Shown piece by piece: positions 38,981-48,370 of a stretch of DNA of 64,000 bases. Numbering within the stretch: position 1 is the stretch's first letter; the number at the start of each line of letters is the position of its first letter. Both the position numbers and the translations under genes were made by a program. Below the pieces are notes generated by a model, which was given only the letters and a program-made list of their open reading frames with translations, was not told the origin of the DNA and searched no databases. Source of the DNA: a candidate division WOR-3 bacterium (GTDB taxonomy: Bacteria > Hydrothermota > 32-111); NCBI GenBank assembly GCA_039804105.1, contig JBDRZU010000001.1, forward strand, positions 1,152,001 through 1,216,000, read 5' to 3'.

Positions 38981-39890
38981 CATTAATTTCCTTTATCAGA
39001 TTGAGGGAGGTTTCGGTTCGTTTGGAGTAGAAAACCATCTTTTTTAAAAATTCTTGAAAATCTCTTTCATCATCTCCGAGAAATATTCCAACTGGTCCTT
39101 TTTTATCCTCTATCTGATAAATTCTTTCTTTCTTTGAAAGTTCTAAAAGTTTTTTGTTATCCTCTTTATCTCTTCCGATAAATCCAAGAGATTTTTCAAA
39201 TTTTATCAACCTGCAATGTTTTACCATTTTAAAATATCTTTCTTCCTTTACATCAAACTCTAATAGAATTTTTATCTTTTGAGAATATTCTTTATAAGTC
39301 AAAAGACATCCTCCAGAAGGAGATGAAAAATATTTTATGTTGTATTTCTTTGCAAGATCGAGTTGTATATCTCTTTTTCTTCCTTCAATTGAAAAAAATT
39401 TTTTATCTTTAAAAAATTCGTTCGTTTCAAATTTATCTTTTAAAATCTCTTCTGAAAGGGGTCTTACTAGAAGATCTTTTCTTTTCAAAAGTTTTTCTAT
39501 CTTTTTCAACCCTTGAAATGTTTGTGACATTGGCCTCTGATTTAAAACTTCTCCTGTTGAAACATATTTAAAATCATTTTCAATAGCAATATCTGTTGCT
39601 TTGTTTATCATAAACGCCTTACAATCTATGCATGGGTTCAAATTTTTTCCATAACCATAAATTGGTCTTTTCAAAATTTTTAAATACTCATCGAAAACAT
39701 TTTCGATAACAAGTTCTATATTGTTTTTATCTGCAATCTCTTTTGCTTTCTCAGATGAAAAAAATGGTGTTTCAAAATAAATAGTGAGAGGGTTGTGTCC
39801 CAATTCTTTTAAAATAAAATATGATATTATTGAATCAAGACCACCAGAAAAAAGGTGTACTCCATCGAAATTTTTATTGAGTTTCTTCAA
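38964..39890 (-). CDS. PP-loop tRNA thiolation-type enzyme (ThiI/MnmA-like)
   Basis: FSGGLDS PP-loop, NPCIDC, TGEVLNQRPMSQ, GGCLLT. Confidence 0.75.
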   Translation of the reverse strand: MKKLNKNFDGVHLFSGGLDSIISYFILKELGHNPLTIYFETPFFSSEKAKEIADKNNIELVIENVFDEYLKILKRPIYGYGKNLNPCIDCKAFMINKATDIAIENDFKYVSTGEVLNQRPMSQTFQGLKKIEKLLKRKDLLVRPLSEEILKDKFETNEFFKDKKFFSIEGRKRDIQLDLAKKYNIKYFSSPSGGCLLTYKEYSQKIKILLEFDVKEERYFKMVKHCRLIKFEKSLGFIGRDKEDNKKLLELSKKERIYQIEDKKGPVGIFLGDDERDFQEFLKKMVFYSKRTETSLNLIKEINVGDGA

Positions 39891-40506
39891 TATCTATCGT
39901 TTTTTTTATAACAAGTTCAATTCTTCTGTTCTGCTTTTTTCCCTCTGCAGTTGAATTATCCGCAACAGGTCTTGAAGACCCATAAGCAACAGCGGAAAGT
40001 TTTTCATCTTTAACATTCAACGAATCTCGTAAAAATTTCAAAACATTTATCGCTCTGAAAGCAGAAAGTTCCCAATTTGTTGGAATAAGATTTTTCATTT
40101 TTGAACCTATTTTATCGTTATCAGTATGACCCTCAACTATAATTTCAACATCACCATCTTTCAAAAGAACTTCGGAAAATTTTTTCAAAAGTCCTCTTCC
40201 ATTTTTAGTCAATTCAAAACCACCAGGATTGAAAAGGTCATCCGAAAGGATTGGAATTCTTGTTTCTGTTTCTTTTTGTTCAGTGGATTTATTTTCAGCT
40301 TTTGGAGTGTTTATTGCAAGGATTAAACTATCCTTCTTAATATTTTCTTCTCTCAATTTGTTTAAATATTCTGTTAAGGTTTTATTTTCTTTTACAATTT
40401 CATCATATCTATCAACCGCAGGTTTAAACTTCTGGTTATAATAATAAAAAAATGAGAAAGAGAGAAAAATAATCACAAGTATAAGTAAAAAAACTAAAAA
40501 CCTCAT
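39874..40506 (-). CDS. OmpA/MotB C-terminal peptidoglycan-binding domain protein
   Basis: N-terminal TM and coiled coil; VEGHTD, NWELSAFRA, NRRIEL. Confidence 0.85.
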   Translation of the reverse strand: MRFLVFLLILVIIFLSFSFFYYYNQKFKPAVDRYDEIVKENKTLTEYLNKLREENIKKDSLILAINTPKAENKSTEQKETETRIPILSDDLFNPGGFELTKNGRGLLKKFSEVLLKDGDVEIIVEGHTDNDKIGSKMKNLIPTNWELSAFRAINVLKFLRDSLNVKDEKLSAVAYGSSRPVADNSTAEGKKQNRRIELVIKKTIDIEETQ

Positions 40507-40514
40507 CTTTCCTC

Positions 40515-42638
40515 CTAAAATTCTGTTTGTTCCAGATCTTTGTAAACATCAAAGTCCTGTAATGGTTTGTATTCTGTAGAATGTTTTTCACAATATTTTG
40601 TTGGTTCTTTTCCCTTTTTATATATTTCCATTCGTGTATACTTACAATATTTTGCAGCTCTCATTCCCGTTTCTTTACAAACATTAACATATACAATATT
40701 TTTTGGTATATCAAATGCAGTCGAATCTTTATAAGAAACAAAAGGTTTCATAATTTCAGCCCAGATCGGTAAAGCAACAACTGCACCCGTAACCTTATTC
40801 GCTATAGTTTTCGGTTTGTCATATCCAACATAAACTCCTGCAGTATAGTCCTTTGTAAAACCTATAAACCATGCATTTGAATAATCATCCGTTGTTCCAG
40901 TTTTTCCTCCAACATGAACATTCATTTTGTAATATTTCAATCCAGCAGCGGTTCCCTCTCTAACAACACTTTCTAGCATATCCGTTATTATATAAGCATC
41001 ATCCTCTTCCATAACTTTTTTTTCAGGATGATCGTTTGTATAAATTATATTACCCTGTGCATCTTCAATATACCTAATAAGCGAAACTTCTCTATATATC
41101 CCTTTGTTTGGAAAAACAGAAAATGCTCGAACCATTTCAAGAAGTGTTACATCGTTACTTCCAAGAGCGATAGAAAGAACTGGTATCAAAGGAGATGTTA
41201 CTCCAAGTTTTCTTGCATGTTTTATAACTGTTTCAGGGCCAATATTCTTTATCAACCTTATTGCAGTAACATTTCTTGACAATGCAAGCGCTGTTCTTAA
41301 AGGAATGGGTCCCAAAAAATTTCCATCATAATTTCTTGGTTTATATTTTTGATCCGAACCATCATCAAGAACAACCGGAGTATCCATTATAATATCTCCA
41401 GGAAACATCCCATTTTCAACAGCAGCAGAGAACAGAAAGATTTTGAATATCGATCCCGGCTGTCTTCTTGCTTGATAAGCCCTGTTGAACTGAGAATGGT
41501 AAAAATCTCTTCCACCTATTAAAACTTTTACTTCTCCAGTTTTATTGTCCAACAACAAAAATCCACCCTGAAGATAATCTGTTTCTCGGTTTGCTGATGT
41601 ATCTTTTATTTGTGAAAGATTTTTTTCATACTTTTCTTTTGTATTTCTTAAATAATACATTTTTTCATAAGATTTCATCTTACTTTCAAAAACTTCTTCT
41701 GCATGCCTTTGCATATCACTGTTCAAAGAGGTATATATCTTTAAACCACCTTTATAAAGAGTGTTCATTCCAAACCTCTTGATAACCTCTTTTCTGACCT
41801 CTTCAATAAAATATCTTGCAAATTTACTTTTGTTGTTATTTGTGACTACAACGATCGATTCTGCAATTGCCTCTTCATACTCTTCTTTTGAGATCATCTT
41901 CTCTTTTAACATATTTTTTAAACATACAAGTTGCCTTACTTTTGCTCTATTATAATTATCCTTTGGATTATTAGCTTCAGGTCTCTGAGGAATTCCCGCA
42001 AGAAGAGCAGATTCAGCAAGAGTCAATTCTCTTGATGATTTCCCAAAATAATAATTTGAAGCAGCTTCGATACCATAATTTCCATTTCCATAGTTTATCT
42101 GATTGAAATACATTTCTAAAATTTCATCTTTTGAAAAATTCTTTTCAATCTTCAAAGTGATCAGAGCTTCCTTTATCTTCCTTGACCATGTTTTTTCCAT
42201 TCCAAGAAACATGTTTCTTGCAAGTTGTTGGGTTATGGTTGAAGCACCTGCAGCCTTCTTCATCATAAATAAATCTTTCAATAAAACAACCAATGTTCTT
42301 CCAACATTTATTCCCCAGTGTTTTCTAAACTGTTGATCTTCTAATGCAATAACTGCGTTAATCGTATATGGGTGTAACTCTCTTAACTTTATTGGAATTC
42401 TTCTCTCTATAAAAAATTCATCTACTATATTATTATTGTCATCATACACAATTGTAGCACTCGGAACATTGTAAAGCATCAAGTCAGTCATTGACGGCAA
42501 CTCTTTTTGAAGGTTTATAAAAATTGAGATTATCACACCAGTGAGTATAAATGTGAATGAAAAAACAATAAGACCTATAATAAAAATAATTCTGTTTATA
42601 TGTTTCTTTTTACTATTTTTACGATACAGTTCATTCAT
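40515..42638 (-). CDS. mrcA: Class A penicillin-binding protein (PBP1A)
   Basis: EDQQFRKHWG, GASTITQQLARN, RKIKE, PGSIFK (SxxK), SRN, KTGT. Confidence 0.92.
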   Translation of the reverse strand: MNELYRKNSKKKHINRIIFIIGLIVFSFTFILTGVIISIFINLQKELPSMTDLMLYNVPSATIVYDDNNNIVDEFFIERRIPIKLRELHPYTINAVIALEDQQFRKHWGINVGRTLVVLLKDLFMMKKAAGASTITQQLARNMFLGMEKTWSRKIKEALITLKIEKNFSKDEILEMYFNQINYGNGNYGIEAASNYYFGKSSRELTLAESALLAGIPQRPEANNPKDNYNRAKVRQLVCLKNMLKEKMISKEEYEEAIAESIVVVTNNNKSKFARYFIEEVRKEVIKRFGMNTLYKGGLKIYTSLNSDMQRHAEEVFESKMKSYEKMYYLRNTKEKYEKNLSQIKDTSANRETDYLQGGFLLLDNKTGEVKVLIGGRDFYHSQFNRAYQARRQPGSIFKIFLFSAAVENGMFPGDIIMDTPVVLDDGSDQKYKPRNYDGNFLGPIPLRTALALSRNVTAIRLIKNIGPETVIKHARKLGVTSPLIPVLSIALGSNDVTLLEMVRAFSVFPNKGIYREVSLIRYIEDAQGNIIYTNDHPEKKVMEEDDAYIITDMLESVVREGTAAGLKYYKMNVHVGGKTGTTDDYSNAWFIGFTKDYTAGVYVGYDKPKTIANKVTGAVVALPIWAEIMKPFVSYKDSTAFDIPKNIVYVNVCKETGMRAAKYCKYTRMEIYKKGKEPTKYCEKHSTEYKPLQDFDVYKDLEQTEF

Positions 42639-42666
42639 CTGGAATTCTTCTTAAAAATTTGTTAAT

Positions 42667-43776
42667 CTATTTTAACCTTAATGGCATTATTATATAGAAA
42701 GATTCTTCTCCTATTTTACTTTCCTCATTTTCTATCAAAACAGCAAACATTTCTCCTTTCATTTTAAATTTCACATTTTCACTTTCAACTCTTTTCAAAA
42801 TTTCTATCAGATAGTTGATATTAAAGCCTATATTGATCACTTCTTCATCATTATACTTAACTTCCAACTCTTCTTTTCCTTCACCCTGTTGATTCTGGTA
42901 TGCTAAAATGACCAACCTATTTTTCGAAATTTCAAATTTCACAAGTTTTGTATTAACATTCACAAAAACATTTACAGCATTTAAAGCTGTTAGAAGTTCA
43001 TTTTTATTAACGATCATGATTTTGTTGTTGTCGTAAGGAATTACCCTTTTGTAATCAGGATATGTGCCGTCTATCAATTTTGCCCACATTTCGATCTTAC
43101 CTATCTTAAACATTATCTTTTTATCATCAAACCCCATATATAACTGTTCTTTATCATCTAAAAGATCTCTGATTATTTGCAAGACTTTAGGTGGAACGAT
43201 AATATTTCCCGAAACATTGTCTTCAAAAAATTCACCTATAGTATTCAATGCTAATCTATGACTATCAGTTGCTACCATAGTTAAAGATTTTTTGTTCATC
43301 TCAAAAAGAACACCTGTAATTGCAACCTTTACAGTATCCTTTGATGTTGCAAAAATAGTGTTATCTATAGCAGATTTTAAAGGAAGAGAATCAACGGGAA
43401 ACAATCTTTCTTTTTCTATTCGTATGATTTCAACATATTCTTCCTTTTTTAAAGTTGGAATTCTATATTCTCCTGTTTTTGTCTTAATAGTGACATTATC
43501 GTTTTGATAGTTAAAATTGATTTCTCCATCAGGTAACCTTCTAATAAGATCTACCAATGTTTTTGCATTCAAAACAAAAATTCCTTCTCCAGATGAAGAA
43601 CATTCAACTTCAGAAAATAAAGATATTTCAAAATCTGTAGAGAATAACATGAGTTTATCTTTTTTAACATCTATCATTATATTTGAAATTATTGTCAGAA
43701 CAGGTTTGACAGGAACAATGGAAGACACGATTTCAAGATTTTTTAAAAATTCATTTCTATCAACTTTAAATTTCAT
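42667..43776 (-). CDS. dnaN: DNA polymerase III beta sliding clamp
   Basis: STDFEI, VATDSHRLA, LIDGTYPDY, IGFN..YL, IMPLRL. Confidence 0.96.
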   Translation of the reverse strand: MKFKVDRNEFLKNLEIVSSIVPVKPVLTIISNIMIDVKKDKLMLFSTDFEISLFSEVECSSSGEGIFVLNAKTLVDLIRRLPDGEINFNYQNDNVTIKTKTGEYRIPTLKKEEYVEIIRIEKERLFPVDSLPLKSAIDNTIFATSKDTVKVAITGVLFEMNKKSLTMVATDSHRLALNTIGEFFEDNVSGNIIVPPKVLQIIRDLLDDKEQLYMGFDDKKIMFKIGKIEMWAKLIDGTYPDYKRVIPYDNNKIMIVNKNELLTALNAVNVFVNVNTKLVKFEISKNRLVILAYQNQQGEGKEELEVKYNDEEVINIGFNINYLIEILKRVESENVKFKMKGEMFAVLIENEESKIGEESFYIIMPLRLK

Positions 43777-43968
43777 TCATCCTCCTGATTTAGATAATTT
43801 TCTTATACTAACACTATTATCAAGGACAACCAATATTGTTGATAACATTTTTAAATTATACAAAAAAAATAAGTTAAAATCAACATTTTTGTTTATATCT
43901 TGTTGAAATTTTTTTCACACTCTTAAAAAAATGTTTATATAAAAAAAATGTTGATAAGTTATCCACAA
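43777..43968. other. oriC: Replication origin oriC (dnaA-dnaN intergenic region)
   Basis: Perfect DnaA box TTATCCACA at 43959-43967; TGTTGATAA at 43949-43957 and 43837-43845; several weaker boxes; AT-rich; gene orientation switches nearby. Confidence 0.8.
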
Positions 43969-45312
43969 TTAATCAATATTTAATAAACTGATTATACTAT
44001 CAATATCTTCTTTAATTTTAGAATCCTTTTTTTCAAGTTCAGATTCTATTTTTTTTATTGCGTGGATGATTGTAGAATGATCTTTTTTTCCTAATTCGTA
44101 AGCGGTCTCTTTTAAAGATAGATTACCATATTTTTTTAATATATATGCAGCGACCTGACGAGGAATGACAAGAGAAGATGTTCTTCTTTTTCCTGCAAGT
44201 TGTGATTCAGAAATTTTATAGTAGTCAGCAACAATTTTCTTTATCTCTTTTGGACTGAATTTTTTATTAAATGAAACGAACTGGTTTTCTGGTTTTACCA
44301 GATTAGAAACTACAAGTTTTGCAAGATTAATATCTATTTTAGATTTATTCAATGATGCTCTCGCAAGAATTCCCAAAATTGCGCTGTTGAGTTCTCTAAC
44401 TGAATGTTTTATATTTAAAGCTATGTAATTTAAAATTTCATCTGGTATTTCTATTTCATCTTTTTCCAATTTTCTTCTCAATATTGCAAGACGTGTTTCA
44501 AAATCTGGTGGTTGGATATCTACTACAAGGCCGGATTGAAATCTTGTTACCAACCTTTGTTCTAGGTTGGGTATTTCGTGTGGAGGTCTATCAGATGTTA
44601 AAACTATCTGGTTGTTTGATTCATACAAAGCGTTAAAAGTATGGAAAATCTCCTCTTGAGTCCCTTCCCTTTTGTTGAGAAATTGCACATCATCGATTAA
44701 AAGAACATCTGCATCCCTGTATTTATTTCTGAATTCAAGTACCTTTTTTTCTTGTATAGCAAAAATATATTCATTCAAAAACCTTTCTGTGGAAAGATAA
44801 CATACCCTTTTTTTAAAATCATTTTTTTTAATATAGTTTCCGATCGCATTTAAAAGATGTGTTTTTCCAAGACCGCTTTTACCATAAATAAAGAGGGGAT
44901 TGTATTGGTTTCCTGGATTTTTTGCAACAGAAAGAGATGCTGTATAGGAAAGTTCGTTCGATTTTCCCACAACGAATTCTTCGAATGTGTATCTTGGGTT
45001 TAAAGATGAATTATCATATGTATCAATATTCTCAATTTTGAAAGGATTCAACTCTTTAGGAATAGTTTCGACTCGTTTTTCAGGGATCAACATTATCTGG
45101 AGATCCTTTCCAAAAAGGTTTCTTGTGACCTCAACTATATCATAGAAAAATTTATCCTCTATATAATCTCTTGCAACATCTGTTGGGACTGAAAAAGTCA
45201 CAGATTTTTCATCAAGTTTTATGATTTTTATGTTTGAAATCCAGAGTTCATAGTCCTGAGGAGAAACTTTTTCAGCAATCAGTTTGTGAAAATTTTCATT
45301 AATACTCTTCAT
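43969..45312 (-). CDS. dnaA: Chromosomal replication initiator DnaA
   Basis: YNPLFIYGKSGLGKTHL, LLIDDVQF, QEEIFHTFN, KDHSTIIHA. Confidence 0.97.
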   Translation of the reverse strand: MKSINENFHKLIAEKVSPQDYELWISNIKIIKLDEKSVTFSVPTDVARDYIEDKFFYDIVEVTRNLFGKDLQIMLIPEKRVETIPKELNPFKIENIDTYDNSSLNPRYTFEEFVVGKSNELSYTASLSVAKNPGNQYNPLFIYGKSGLGKTHLLNAIGNYIKKNDFKKRVCYLSTERFLNEYIFAIQEKKVLEFRNKYRDADVLLIDDVQFLNKREGTQEEIFHTFNALYESNNQIVLTSDRPPHEIPNLEQRLVTRFQSGLVVDIQPPDFETRLAILRRKLEKDEIEIPDEILNYIALNIKHSVRELNSAILGILARASLNKSKIDINLAKLVVSNLVKPENQFVSFNKKFSPKEIKKIVADYYKISESQLAGKRRTSSLVIPRQVAAYILKKYGNLSLKETAYELGKKDHSTIIHAIKKIESELEKKDSKIKEDIDSIISLLNID

Positions 45313-45395
45313 ATTCCAATTCTTGGATTTTTTAAGAATTTATTGTATACTTTTATAAATCGATGTCAAGAAAATTTTATGAGGAGGAACAGATT

Positions 45396-45908
45396 ATGGA
45401 AAGATTGATAAATTTTTTAAGAACAAGGAGAAGTATCAGAGAATATAAGGACAAAAAGATTCCAAAAGAGATCATTATCGAAATTTTAAAAACAGCGATG
45501 TATTCTCCATCTGCTCATGACAAACAGCCATGGGAGTTTTTTGTTGTGGATGAAAGAGAAATTTTAAATGAAATTTCTAACAATCATCCTTATGCTAAAA
45601 TGCTAAAAAAATCTCCCACTGCAATTGTTGTTCTCGCTGATACAAAAAAACAACCAGATAAAGGATATTTTTCCCAGGATTGTTCTGCTGCTACAATGAA
45701 TATTCTCCTTTCTGCATGGGCTTATGGTATAGGTAGTTGCTGGATCGGAGTGTTTCCAAAAGAAGAACGGATCGAGTTGATGAAAAAGATTTTAAAAATT
45801 CCCGAAAGGTATGTTCCTTTTTCTATAGTTTCTCTCGGTTATCCGGTAAAGCCACCAGAAGAGATTGAAAGGTTTGATGAAAAAAGAATACATATCAATG
45901 TTTGGTGA
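45396..45908 (+). CDS. Nitroreductase family protein
   Basis: RRSIREY, SPSA..QPWEF, GIGSCWIG, LGYP; start 45396 after GAGGAGG. Confidence 0.92.
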   Translation: MERLINFLRTRRSIREYKDKKIPKEIIIEILKTAMYSPSAHDKQPWEFFVVDEREILNEISNNHPYAKMLKKSPTAIVVLADTKKQPDKGYFSQDCSAATMNILLSAWAYGIGSCWIGVFPKEERIELMKKILKIPERYVPFSIVSLGYPVKPPEEIERFDEKRIHINVW

Positions 45909-45915
45909 TATTTTA

Positions 45916-45944
45916 TTGACTTAAAGGATTTCAGATAATATAAT
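45916..45944 (+). promoter_or_regulatory. Sigma70-type promoter of the polysaccharide cluster, near-leaderless
   Basis: TTGACT-17bp-TATAAT, 8 nt before ATG 45953; no SD. Confidence 0.7.
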
Positions 45945-45952
45945 AAAAATCT

Positions 45953-46984
45953 ATGTTTTTATATTTTTTTGTTTTTTTGTTTTCTTTTATTATCTCTCTT
46001 ATTTTGACAAATGGCATTAAAAGGTTTTCTTTGAATTATGGTTTTCATGATGTTCCAGATAATGAAAGAAAAATACATGTTGAAAAGATTCCAACACTTG
46101 GTGGACTTGCTTTTTTTGCAAGTGTTTGGGGAACTTTTATCCTTTTGGATGCAACAGGAATTACCCCTCTTGAAAAGATTGTTCTTAGGATGATTTCTAT
46201 ATCTTTATTTTTTATTTTTGTTGGAATACTTGATGATATAAAAGGTGTTTCAGCAAAGTTAAAACTTTTTATACAGGTTTTTGCTGGATCTTTGTTCTTT
46301 TTGTGGAACAAAAACGATCTTGCAATAATATACGGAAATCTGTTGTTGACAAATACGGTTCTGACTTTTGTTTCAGCATTCTTTTTTGCATTGCTTACGA
46401 ACAGTATAAATTTTGTGGATGGACTTGATGGACTTTGTGCAGGTGTATCAATAATTTTATCTATTCCGCTTTTGATCTTTTCAATCGTGATCGGGAAAAC
46501 CTATATCTCTTATATAATCCTTTCATGTATTGGAGCATTATTTGCCTTTCTTTTTTTTAATTTTTATCCTGCAAAAATTTTTATGGGTGATACTGGAAGT
46601 CTATTTCTCGGATCACTTTTTTCAATGATTGTAATGCTTTTAATGTATCATATTCCAGAGAACTGGACTCCATTCATAATACTTTTTACCTACCCATTTT
46701 TGGATCTTTTTCTTTCAGTTATAAGAAGATTTTTTGGTAAAAGAAACATTTTTGCACCGGATAGATTACATATACATCATATCATAAAAGGAGATGATGG
46801 AAACCATACTAAAAGTGTAATCGTAATTTATTCCATAAACCTATTTTTTGCAATTTTATCTGTATTACTCTTTTTCTTAAAGTTGAAAAGTTTGTACATT
46901 TTGTATTTTGTTTCAATCATCGTCGTTTCCTATTATTTTTTAAAACGAATGTTGAAAAGAATGAAAGAAAAAAGTGTGGAGTAA
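45953..46984 (+). CDS. wecA: WecA/TagO-like polyprenyl-phosphate HexNAc-1-P transferase (MraY family)
   Basis: RKIH..IPTLGG, GILDD, NFVDGLDGL, IFMGDTGS, PDRLHIHH. Confidence 0.88.
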   Translation: MFLYFFVFLFSFIISLILTNGIKRFSLNYGFHDVPDNERKIHVEKIPTLGGLAFFASVWGTFILLDATGITPLEKIVLRMISISLFFIFVGILDDIKGVSAKLKLFIQVFAGSLFFLWNKNDLAIIYGNLLLTNTVLTFVSAFFFALLTNSINFVDGLDGLCAGVSIILSIPLLIFSIVIGKTYISYIILSCIGALFAFLFFNFYPAKIFMGDTGSLFLGSLFSMIVMLLMYHIPENWTPFIILFTYPFLDLFLSVIRRFFGKRNIFAPDRLHIHHIIKGDDGNHTKSVIVIYSINLFFAILSVLLFFLKLKSLYILYFVSIIVVSYYFLKRMLKRMKEKSVE

Positions 46985-46987
46985 AAT

Positions 46988-48370
46988 TTGTTTTATAAGA
47001 AAAATCTTGGTTCAGAAAGAATCTATAAAATTTTGTTCGATCTTATAGTAACAATTATAGCTTTCTGGATCTCTTTTTATTTGAGAAGTTTGATCATCTG
47101 GAAGGGAGAAGAGTTTCATTATAACACACAATATTACAATATTCTTTTTGCATTTGTGGTTTTTGTCTGGTTTTTCCTGTTTTCAAAATCAAACGAAGAA
47201 GAGATTTTCAAAGATATCTATTTTAGATATGAGTTTTTTGAAATCATTGTAAACATTTTTTACGGAACACTTCTTACTTTTGCTTTCATCTTTTTGATAA
47301 AAGGTTTTATAATCTCAAGGGTCTTTATAGTTATCTTTATTTTTTTGAATACAGTTTTACTTATAATTGAAAGAAGGATTTTTTACAACCTTAGATTAAA
47401 AAATATAAGAAAAGGAAAAAATCTTTTCAAGGTTGTTATTATAGGAGATGGTAAATATTATGAAAAAATGAAAGATTTGATAGAAAAAAATATTGATTGG
47501 GGTATTAAGATTGTGGAATCATTCAAACTAGAAGATTTAAAAAAAGATATAATCAAAGAATTAAAAAATATTCATATCGATGGAATTTTGATTTCAACTG
47601 AAAAAAATAGAATAGAAAATTATAATGAAGAACTAACCAATATCGTAGAAAGTGGAATAAAGGTCTTTTTAAATCTTGATCCATTTTTTAACCTTGGGAA
47701 ATTTTTTATTTATCTTGAAAAATATAAAGATTTCAAATTCATTGAGATGACAACAATAAAAAATGAGATCAGTAAAAAATTACAGTTAAAATATTTTTTA
47801 GACAAAGTTTTTGCGATTCTCTTTTTAATAATTTTATCTCCACTGTTTTTGATAGTTTCAATTCTTATATTCATGTTGAATGGAAGACCTATCTTTTTTG
47901 TTCAGGAAAGAGTTGGAATGAATGGAGAGATTTTCAAAATGATAAAATTCAGAACGATGGAAAAAGATGCAGAGGAAAAAAAGATACTACTTATACAGAA
48001 AAATCAGATGAATGGCCCTGTTTTTAAAATCGAAAATGATCCAAGGATTACAACTTTTGGAAAATTTTTAAGAAAATACAGTATCGATGAACTCCCTCAA
48101 CTGATAAACATTCTGAAGGGGGAAATGAGTTTTGTGGGTCCAAGACCTCCACTTCCATCAGAAGTTAAAGAATATGATTTCTGGCATAGAAGAAGATTAT
48201 CTTTTAAACCAGGTTTAACATGTTTATGGCAGATTTCCGGAAGGAACAATGTAGATTTTACAGAATGGATGAAAAAAGATCTTGAGTATATCGACAACTG
48301 GTCTTTACTTTACGATTTTATAATAATAATAAGGACAATACCAGAGGTTTTAAAAGGAAATGGTTGGTAA
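46988..48370 (+). CDS. Polyprenyl glycosylphosphotransferase (WcaJ/CpsE-like sugar transferase)
   Basis: N-terminal TMs; KFRTM, DPRIT, SIDELPQL, MSFVGPRP, KPGLTCLWQISGR. Confidence 0.9.
   Translation: MFYKKNLGSERIYKILFDLIVTIIAFWISFYLRSLIIWKGEEFHYNTQYYNILFAFVVFVWFFLFSKSNEEEIFKDIYFRYEFFEIIVNIFYGTLLTFAFIFLIKGFIISRVFIVIFIFLNTVLLIIERRIFYNLRLKNIRKGKNLFKVVIIGDGKYYEKMKDLIEKNIDWGIKIVESFKLEDLKKDIIKELKNIHIDGILISTEKNRIENYNEELTNIVESGIKVFLNLDPFFNLGKFFIYLEKYKDFKFIEMTTIKNEISKKLQLKYFLDKVFAILFLIILSPLFLIVSILIFMLNGRPIFFVQERVGMNGEIFKMIKFRTMEKDAEEKKILLIQKNQMNGPVFKIENDPRITTFGKFLRKYSIDELPQLINILKGEMSFVGPRPPLPSEVKEYDFWHRRRLSFKPGLTCLWQISGRNNVDFTEWMKKDLEYIDNWSLLYDFIIIIRTIPEVLKGNGW

Noticed and set aside
39874..40506. 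Flagellar stator motB
   Set aside because: The TM segment lacks the conserved Asp motif and no motA or flagellar genes are adjacent; kept as a generic OmpA/MotB-domain protein.
43790..43830. DnaA-trio array next to the dnaN-proximal DnaA box
   Set aside because: The sequence is AT-rich but I could not read a clean trinucleotide repeat, so it is not called.
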